Made by a program: the position numbers and the translations under genes. Below the pieces are notes generated by a model. It was given only the letters and a program-made list of their open reading frames with translations, did no database searches and was not told the origin of the DNA. DNA of 64,000 nt from positions 116,012 to 180,011 of the forward strand of contig CAYNGY010000002.1 in NCBI GenBank assembly GCA_964397195.1, in the 5' to 3' direction. Positions 58,101 to 64,000 of this stretch are shown here, piece after piece. Each line of letters starts with the position of its first letter. Positions within the stretch are counted from its first letter, which is position 1. Source of the stretch: an uncultured Gammaproteobacteria bacterium (lineage in GTDB: Bacteria > Patescibacteriota > Patescibacteriia > SBBC01 > CAIJZX01).

Positions 58101-61100
58101 ACGCTTGATGTCGCAACGTTCTCGGATATGGTCGGCGCGGTGACGCTTGGGACATTAGCTGGTGGCAGTGCCACGATTACCGGAAGTACGGGCGTATTGA
58201 GCGGTACGTTCGTCGTCTATGCCGGAACAATCAGCGCAATTATCGCTGGTGATGGGACGACGCTGACGAAGCAAACTCCGGGCACTGTCACGTTGACTCG
58301 CGCTAACCAATTTACGGGTGCAGTCACGCTCTCCGTCGGGATTCTTAAAATTCAGGATAATCTTAGCCTGGGGACTACTGACGGTGTTACGACGCTCACA
58401 TCGGGCGCGACGTTGCAAATTGACGGCAACGGACTTTCCGTACCGGAACTCATCTCCGTAGCTGGTTTAGGTCTCAATAATGTCGGTGCGCTCGTCAATT
58501 CGGGCGGAGATAACACCATCACCGGCTTGATAACCATGACGGCGGCTACGACGATTGAATCGGCGGCCAGTACGACCCTGACTATTTCCAATAGCGGCGT
58601 AACCGGCGCCTTTGGGTTAACTGTTGATGGTGATGGTGACACTGTCATTTCGGCGCCAATCAATACTAGTGGCGGGACTCTGACCAAGGATGGTTCTGGC
58701 AACTTAACATTGAGCGCCTACAATCCGTATACGGGTGCGACGGTCATTAACTATGGAAATTTGAGGCTGAACGGTAACGGTACGATCACCACGTCCGCAT
58801 CAATCGACATCAGATCTGGATCCAAGCTGATACTTGATAATTCGTCGACCGTGGCCGACCGCATCGGTGACGCCATTGGTGTCACCATGAACGGCGGAGA
58901 TATGGAATTTTATGGCAACACCAGCACGAGCACCATGGCTACCGCGGGAACGCTCACGTTGAATAGTGGGCAGAATACCATTTCTGTTTTCGCGGCCACG
59001 GGCGGTCCGACCATCCTCCGCTTTGGTTCGTTAGTCCGGACGACTCCTGGAGCTACGGGGTTGTTCCGCGGTACAAGTCTCGGCGCGACGCCAGCTGCGA
59101 ACGTGGCGACACTGTTATTTACGACGGCGCCAACCTTGCTTGGGGACGATGGAGCATCCAATACACCCACCCTCAGCATCATCCCAGGCATTTTCGGCGA
59201 CAACTCAACGGCCGGGACCGGGACGGACATGGTGACCTATGGCCGCGGGAATAACAACGGCGTCCGGTTATTGAACGGCGCTGGGTTTAGTGGTGAGTAC
59301 ACGACCGACCTGACCATGACGAATGCGAATATCAAACTCACAGCCGGTACGGCAGCGGTAACGACGCAAATCAATTCGCTCATCCTTGGTTCAGGCGCGA
59401 GTATCACCAACCCCGGATCTGCGCAGACGATGACGTTTATGTCCGGGAACATTTTGAACCTCCAATCGAGCGGCTCGATTGCTGGAGCAAATACGACCCT
59501 AGCTGGTGGTACGCTTGAATTCATTATCAGGACCCCCCAAGATCTCGACATTTCGGCACTGATTACCACAACCGGCGGGTTGAGTAAGAGTGGATCCGGC
59601 ACGCTGACCTTTTCGAGCTCTAAAACCTACACTGGGTTGACGAGTATTAACGCCGGGACGTTGCTCTATGGAGCCCATAACGCCCTTAGTAATGGCGCCG
59701 TGACCATCAACGATGCAACACTCAATATCGATATTTATAGTGATACCGTCGGGGCCGTGATCGTCCAAGGGGGGACGATTACCGGTGATACCGGTGTTTT
59801 AACGGCGACGTCGTATGATTTTCGCGCGTCGACCGCCAGCGCGTATTTAGACGGGTCTGGTACGCTGACTGTCAGCAATACGAATGAGCGGGTTGACGCC
59901 ACCTCGACCTTCACGAGAGACAATCCATATACGGGGGCAATTTCGGTCGCTTCCGGCGTCCTGAAACTCGGTGCTGACGGTGGTGGCACGAACACACCGC
60001 TGGGGACAACCGCCGCTGGCACGACGGTTTCGAATGGTGCGATGCTTGATTTGAATGGCCATACTCTCGGGATTGCCGAGGCCCTAAACTTCCGAGGAAC
60101 GGGTATTGCCGGTCAAGGCGCGATCATCAACAGCAACGCTTCGGCGGTGACCTACAGCGGTGCTTTAACGATCAGCACCTCGGGACGTATTGGCGCCGAT
60201 TACGGCAAAATTACCATCACGGGCAGTATTTCTGGGACTGGCTTACCGCTGACGGTCGGAGGCTTTGGGGATATTGATATTTCTGGCGCTATCAGTACTG
60301 GTACCTCAGGTTCCGTTACGAAAGATGGTTTTGGAACCTACACACCGTCGAACGGGAACTCGACCTATACCGGCGCAACAACCATCAGCGCTGGCAAGTT
60401 GAAGTTGGGAGCGGCTTCGGTTGGCGGTACAAACTCTCCCTTGGGTACAGCGGGCGGTGCAACCGCCGTCACCGCCGGTGCAACCCTTGATCTGAACGGC
60501 TACACGCTGGGAATAGCTGAAGCGATTACGAACCTGAATGGTGTTGGTGGCGGGAGTGGTGATTTCGCCCCCGGCGCACTGATTAATAGCTCAGGTACGC
60601 CGGTCACCTTTACCGGGACGATTACGATTGCGGCGGGGACGATGATTCGGGCCGATTCTGGGGCGATGACGTTGAGCGCTATTTCGGGTACGAACGCCGC
60701 ACTGATCCTCGCCGGAAACGGCGGCGGAACGGTGGGCGGTGTGATCGGGACTGGTACTGGGACGCTCTCAAAACTCGATAGTGGCACATGGAATCTGGCC
60801 GGGTCGAGCACCTATACCGGCGCGACATTCATTTACCAGGGCACAATCCAGCTCGGCGCGACCGGTGGGGCAGCCAATACTCCCCTTGGGACGACCGGTA
60901 CGGGGACAACCGTGTATAGCGGTGGCGTACTTGATTTAAATGGTTTTACACTCGGGACGCTTGAGGCGTTTACATTAAACGGATTTGGTATTGCCGACGG
61001 CGGTTGCGTGGTCAACAGCTCTGGTAACCCGAATTTTTCCGGCAACCGGACACTGGGCTCCGATATTCGGGTCACGAATACGAGCGGCAGCGCACTTATT

Positions 61101-64000
61101 TGGTCCGGCACGAGCACAGGCGTCTTCGAAACCCGGGTCGGTGGCTCCGGGGATCACACGTTGCAAGGCGTTTGGGCTGCGGCCGCGGCGACGGTGTGGA
61201 AGGATGGCGCCGGAATAGCGACGGTCAACGCGGCGCAAGGGTGGACAGGAAATACGACGGTCATTGCCGGAACATTCCGGGACGGCGCCTTAAACGGGCT
61301 ATCGTCCGGAAACGTGGTTGTGGCTGGTGGGACGTTTGATCTTTCATCAAACAATGCTGATTCGGTTGGCGCAGTAGTCCTCGTTGATGGGACCATTTCG
61401 ACGACCGGTGGAGCGAGTGCGATTTTAACCGGGACAGCATACACCATCGAAAGTGGAACCATCAGCGGCGTGATTACTGGCGCCGTCGCGATGACCAAGA
61501 ACACTGCTGGTACGGCGGCAATTACGGCAGCGATTACTACTTCCAGCACGCTGACGATTAATGCGGGGACACTGACGTTTAGTGGGAACGGAGCGGCGAC
61601 CACTGTCACAGGGGCTACCATCAACCTTGGTGGGACATTGACGCTTGATAACTCGGGGACGAACGTTGGCGATCGGCTGAGCGGAAGTGGGAATAACATT
61701 GTGGTGACGATGAATGGCGGGAATTTCAATTTGATCGGCAAGGATTCAACGACGGTCACGGAGTCTATCGGCCAGCTCGCCTTCGCCGCCGGACATAATG
61801 TCGTGACGGTCGATCCGAAAGCCGGCAGTGGCGGTTCGGGAACAACCCTGACGGTCACGAATGCCACCTGTTTTAATCGGACGGTTGGGGCAACGGTGTT
61901 ATTCCGTGGGACGAGCTTCGGCTCAACCCCGGCCGCTGGAGTGTCGTCGTTGCTGTGTTCTGGGGGCGCGCCGACATTAACCGGAGCCAACGGTGGTTCG
62001 AACAATAGCGCGATTAGCATCTTGAAAGGTGCCTTTGGTGATAACTCCGTCACCGGTACTGGCACAGATATGGTGACGTATAACCAAGGTGATACCACCG
62101 GCCTGCGGTTACTCAACGGTGCCGGTCACACCGGAGAGTATGCGACAAACTTCGGCACAAATAACGCAAATGTAAAAATAACCGGTAACACTGCGGCCGC
62201 CACACAAAATGTAAATTCGTTGATTGTCAACGGCGGTGACGTGACGAACCCGGGTAGTGCCCAAACAATTACCACGGCTGGTGGGAGCTTAGCGGGGAAC
62301 GTCTTAATTGCATCGGCGAATACTATCGCCGGTGCGAATACGACATTTGCTTTCTCGAATGGTGTCGAAGCCTGTCTGCTGGCGAATGCGCCTACCACAA
62401 TATCAGCTAGCCTAGGAAATACGACGTCAAGTAATGTAACTTTCAGTGGCAGCGGCAACATTACTATAAGCGCGGCAAACACCTATACCGGTACTACCTT
62501 TATTAATTCCGCGACCTTAACTGAAGGTACGACGGACGCGATGTACACTGGTCCGGTGACTCTTGTGGGTGGGACCTTTGATACCAACGGAAATACTGAC
62601 TCGATAGGTGGTATCACCATGACGGCTGGAGTTGTTAAATCAGATTCATCCACCTTAACGACGACGGGAACCTTCGCGACCATTGCCAACGCCAATCTTT
62701 CCGCCAAGGTGACCGGAACCGTGGCGTTGCCCGCCTCTTCGACGTTGAACATTGCCGACGGGTTGGTTGAGGATGATGCCGTGATTTCGGCGGTGCTCAC
62801 GAGCGCCAACACGTCATTATCGAAAAGCACCGGTACCGGTGTCGTCGTGTTCAGCGGAAACAATACGTATACCGGGCCGACCACCATTAACGCTGGGACC
62901 ATTAAATATGGAACAACCGGGAATGCAACGAACGGTCCCCTCGGGACGTCAGCTGGCGCAACGACGGTGGCGAATGGGGCGGCGCTTGATCTGAATGGAT
63001 ATTCCCCAAACCCGGTAGATGCGCTGACCATCAGTGGCGCTGGTCTCAATACGAAAGGCGCACTCTTGAACACGTCCTCGACGGCAGTCACTTATAGCGC
63101 ATTATTGTCCATGGGTGCCGCCGCGACGATCCAGTCCGATTACGGCGACATCAATATCTCGAATACCGGAACCATTACTGGTACAAATACTAACTTGACC
63201 TTGCGTGGCGCCGGGAACGGCACGTTATCAAGTATTCTCGGCACTGGGTCCGGAACGCAGGTAAAAAATGATATGGGGACCTGGACCGTTTCCGGAAATG
63301 GAACATTTACCGGCGTGACGACGATCACGCTCGGCGTCCTAAAACTCGGGGCGGCGGGGAATGTAACCAATACGCCGTTCGGCACGAGTGCCGGTGGCGT
63401 CACGGTCGCGGCCACCGCCATGCTTGATCTGAACGGGCTGACGCTCGGTACGGCCGAAGCGTTAACTATCGCCGGAACCGGATTAGCGAACGCCGGCGCG
63501 TTGACCACGAGTGCCTCGGGCTCGACGAGTTATTCCGGAGCAGTGACACTTGGCGCGACGCCGCGGGTAACAAATTACGGGAGCGGCACATTTACGATTA
63601 GCGGTGCAATTTCTGGGAACAATGCGTTAACTGTCGTCAGCGCACCGGGGACGATCACAATTGGAACTGGCGTGTGGTCCGGTTCGGGGTCACTCGTGAA
63701 AGAAGGTTGGGGCACGACGATTATATCCGGTCAGAACACGATGACCGGGGCGATGACGGTCAGTACCGGGACTCTCCAGCTCGGGGCGAGCGGTGGTGGA
63801 ACGAACTCTCCGGTTGGGACAAATGCGGGTGGGGTCTCGGTATCAGCCGGCGCGGTATTTGATACCAGTACATTCCAAATTAATAATGCGGGTGCGGGCT
63901 CGAATGAGGGTTTGACCCTGAACGGTTCAGGTCTTAAGAATGCTGGTGCCTTGATTACCAACTCTGGCTCGACGATCACCTTTAGTACCATCGCGCTCGG
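55119..64000 (+). CDS. giant protein (>2,960 aa, truncated by window): MerR/Xis-type HTH, TM, Ig/MG-like module, autotransporter-associated beta-strand repeats
   Basis: frame open from ATG 55119 and still in frame at the window end; no stop, so absent from the ORF track; LLTISQTARILNVHPNTLRLWD..G; LSKEGLGDLVLSGGNTYGGVTKVNGGVL-type repeats. Confidence 0.88.
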   Translation, partial: MLKAKRILLKYDFRFPGHELVRNFSFLGYFGTKKRDLSKYPKLLTISQTARILNVHPNTLRLWDDQGRLRAVRLGTRRDRRYEQAAVATMLASRPESHLSLVRRRWAERVLHHRLLVQRAAYVTAAILLFAWGGASLQSALADQPQPVTVLMAPQTCQGWSNARGAIGIDVGEGSALESFTSRNSAIYDAQRYQVRSNDGAVATGSLDGAGGDITCTHFSSADLPAGATITSASVLVSMASRLDGNTSASFSLQTSEDGAHWTTVQVLPVSAEGDRRQIVALPKVDGKTVANMAVRIVPDIELGAAAFTTWLDAVQLQVTATPLASSTPRQDAKARQELNKLVSFSKEIYKTDEHPVVRIPKSHPRKFMFITTGQTTWGLVDVQLADSSQRTYPVDYHERDIQDGTTVDTDLLINPKDLHPGKYKIKVTMRSSDGGSSMVEKDFFWGVVALNFDRAAPQQNDRERVGMGILDDTGRTICDAEVTVQVRDPRGHTTTYRTSKRSITKNPNCIDKGITNEPDYHFDFTVRLAGTYHVTLRAKTDVGERVYEDNLFVTKALPFDVERSDYPTRINPYAAYPVRIAVTPSRDYAGPVYERVPADFKILNLQPEAKIQDDPAHPGMKRIYWQVEWKRNTTYYLSYRFVAPPISPALFMTGPLSIGGNDLLGADFIEPRQWQIASDSISSISWDGSASNLWSNPANWSTNVIPQAGDNLVFPAGAANYSNQNDLGENYWFNSITFYDSGYTLSGNTIIMGQGQTTNAVILPGITDAVSSGGNTISLPIRLDATRLITVTNSSETLTISGAITGVGGLSKEGLGDLVLSGGNTYGGVTKVNGGVLSARNNTALGTIALGTEVVGEAALELEGTIAIGREALTLRSYGQSNGGALRNVQNNNSFDGLITIAGTTEIASDSGTLTLNGGVTGTFNLNLDGSGNISFAKAPIAISTGLLTKNGGGTTTFNFPNTYTGVTTVNAGTLLYGCDNAILSGNIVVNGGTLDVATFSDMVGAVTLGTLAGGSATITGSTGVLSGTFVVYAGTISAIIAGDGTTLTKQTPGTVTLTRANQFTGAVTLSVGILKIQDNLSLGTTDGVTTLTSGATLQIDGNGLSVPELISVAGLGLNNVGALVNSGGDNTITGLITMTAATTIESAASTTLTISNSGVTGAFGLTVDGDGDTVISAPINTSGGTLTKDGSGNLTLSAYNPYTGATVINYGNLRLNGNGTITTSASIDIRSGSKLILDNSSTVADRIGDAIGVTMNGGDMEFYGNTSTSTMATAGTLTLNSGQNTISVFAATGGPTILRFGSLVRTTPGATGLFRGTSLGATPAANVATLLFTTAPTLLGDDGASNTPTLSIIPGIFGDNSTAGTGTDMVTYGRGNNNGVRLLNGAGFSGEYTTDLTMTNANIKLTAGTAAVTTQINSLILGSGASITNPGSAQTMTFMSGNILNLQSSGSIAGANTTLAGGTLEFIIRTPQDLDISALITTTGGLSKSGSGTLTFSSSKTYTGLTSINAGTLLYGAHNALSNGAVTINDATLNIDIYSDTVGAVIVQGGTITGDTGVLTATSYDFRASTASAYLDGSGTLTVSNTNERVDATSTFTRDNPYTGAISVASGVLKLGADGGGTNTPLGTTAAGTTVSNGAMLDLNGHTLGIAEALNFRGTGIAGQGAIINSNASAVTYSGALTISTSGRIGADYGKITITGSISGTGLPLTVGGFGDIDISGAISTGTSGSVTKDGFGTYTPSNGNSTYTGATTISAGKLKLGAASVGGTNSPLGTAGGATAVTAGATLDLNGYTLGIAEAITNLNGVGGGSGDFAPGALINSSGTPVTFTGTITIAAGTMIRADSGAMTLSAISGTNAALILAGNGGGTVGGVIGTGTGTLSKLDSGTWNLAGSSTYTGATFIYQGTIQLGATGGAANTPLGTTGTGTTVYSGGVLDLNGFTLGTLEAFTLNGFGIADGGCVVNSSGNPNFSGNRTLGSDIRVTNTSGSALIWSGTSTGVFETRVGGSGDHTLQGVWAAAAATVWKDGAGIATVNAAQGWTGNTTVIAGTFRDGALNGLSSGNVVVAGGTFDLSSNNADSVGAVVLVDGTISTTGGASAILTGTAYTIESGTISGVITGAVAMTKNTAGTAAITAAITTSSTLTINAGTLTFSGNGAATTVTGATINLGGTLTLDNSGTNVGDRLSGSGNNIVVTMNGGNFNLIGKDSTTVTESIGQLAFAAGHNVVTVDPKAGSGGSGTTLTVTNATCFNRTVGATVLFRGTSFGSTPAAGVSSLLCSGGAPTLTGANGGSNNSAISILKGAFGDNSVTGTGTDMVTYNQGDTTGLRLLNGAGHTGEYATNFGTNNANVKITGNTAAATQNVNSLIVNGGDVTNPGSAQTITTAGGSLAGNVLIASANTIAGANTTFAFSNGVEACLLANAPTTISASLGNTTSSNVTFSGSGNITISAANTYTGTTFINSATLTEGTTDAMYTGPVTLVGGTFDTNGNTDSIGGITMTAGVVKSDSSTLTTTGTFATIANANLSAKVTGTVALPASSTLNIADGLVEDDAVISAVLTSANTSLSKSTGTGVVVFSGNNTYTGPTTINAGTIKYGTTGNATNGPLGTSAGATTVANGAALDLNGYSPNPVDALTISGAGLNTKGALLNTSSTAVTYSALLSMGAAATIQSDYGDINISNTGTITGTNTNLTLRGAGNGTLSSILGTGSGTQVKNDMGTWTVSGNGTFTGVTTITLGVLKLGAAGNVTNTPFGTSAGGVTVAATAMLDLNGLTLGTAEALTIAGTGLANAGALTTSASGSTSYSGAVTLGATPRVTNYGSGTFTISGAISGNNALTVVSAPGTITIGTGVWSGSGSLVKEGWGTTIISGQNTMTGAMTVSTGTLQLGASGGGTNSPVGTNAGGVSVSAGAVFDTSTFQINNAGAGSNEGLTLNGSGLKNAGALITNSGSTITFSTIAL

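Noticed and set aside
56469-63991. Numerous minus-strand ORFs of 60-320 aa
   Set aside because: Antisense shadows of the giant plus-strand repeat protein

Overview
Chromosomal segment of a small-genome bacterium, most likely Patescibacteria/CPR. This is inferred from the gene repertoire, Asn-Thr 'NTNT' surface linkers, scarce Shine-Dalgarno sites and an HTH-headed giant protein. In order it holds: a surface and glycosylation block (two GT4s, GH15-like/FG-GAP protein, NAGPA, two C39-like peptidases); a Fur-headed bcp-sufC-sufB-(NUDIX, MTase, GNAT)-sufD-(GNAT)-sufS-sufU operon with a perfect 25-bp operator, and sodA nearby; three tandem paralogous fibre-like secreted proteins; a CAP protein and a BlaI/M56 pair; an integron-type cassette array with no integrase (about 31.5-35.6 kb) beside tRNA-Met; a ferric-reductase/cytochrome-b5/cupredoxin-fold operon; two more tRNAs; and parA-parB-OTase/TPR, topA-dprA-mfd, pth and LCP. 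The window ends inside an ORF of more than 2,960 codons, absent from the ORF track, that fuses a cytoplasmic MerR/Xis-type HTH to a membrane anchor and a huge autotransporter-repeat adhesin. Most unusual signals: (1) an attC site split by an about 855-bp IR-bounded insert carrying a kinase gene; (2) the HTH-adhesin fusion; (3) an unassigned promoter- and terminator-bounded, about 480-nt structured RNA candidate ending in ...CTCCACCA; (4) a tRNA-like duplicate next to tRNA-Met. All calls come from reading the sequence by eye; no database searches were run.
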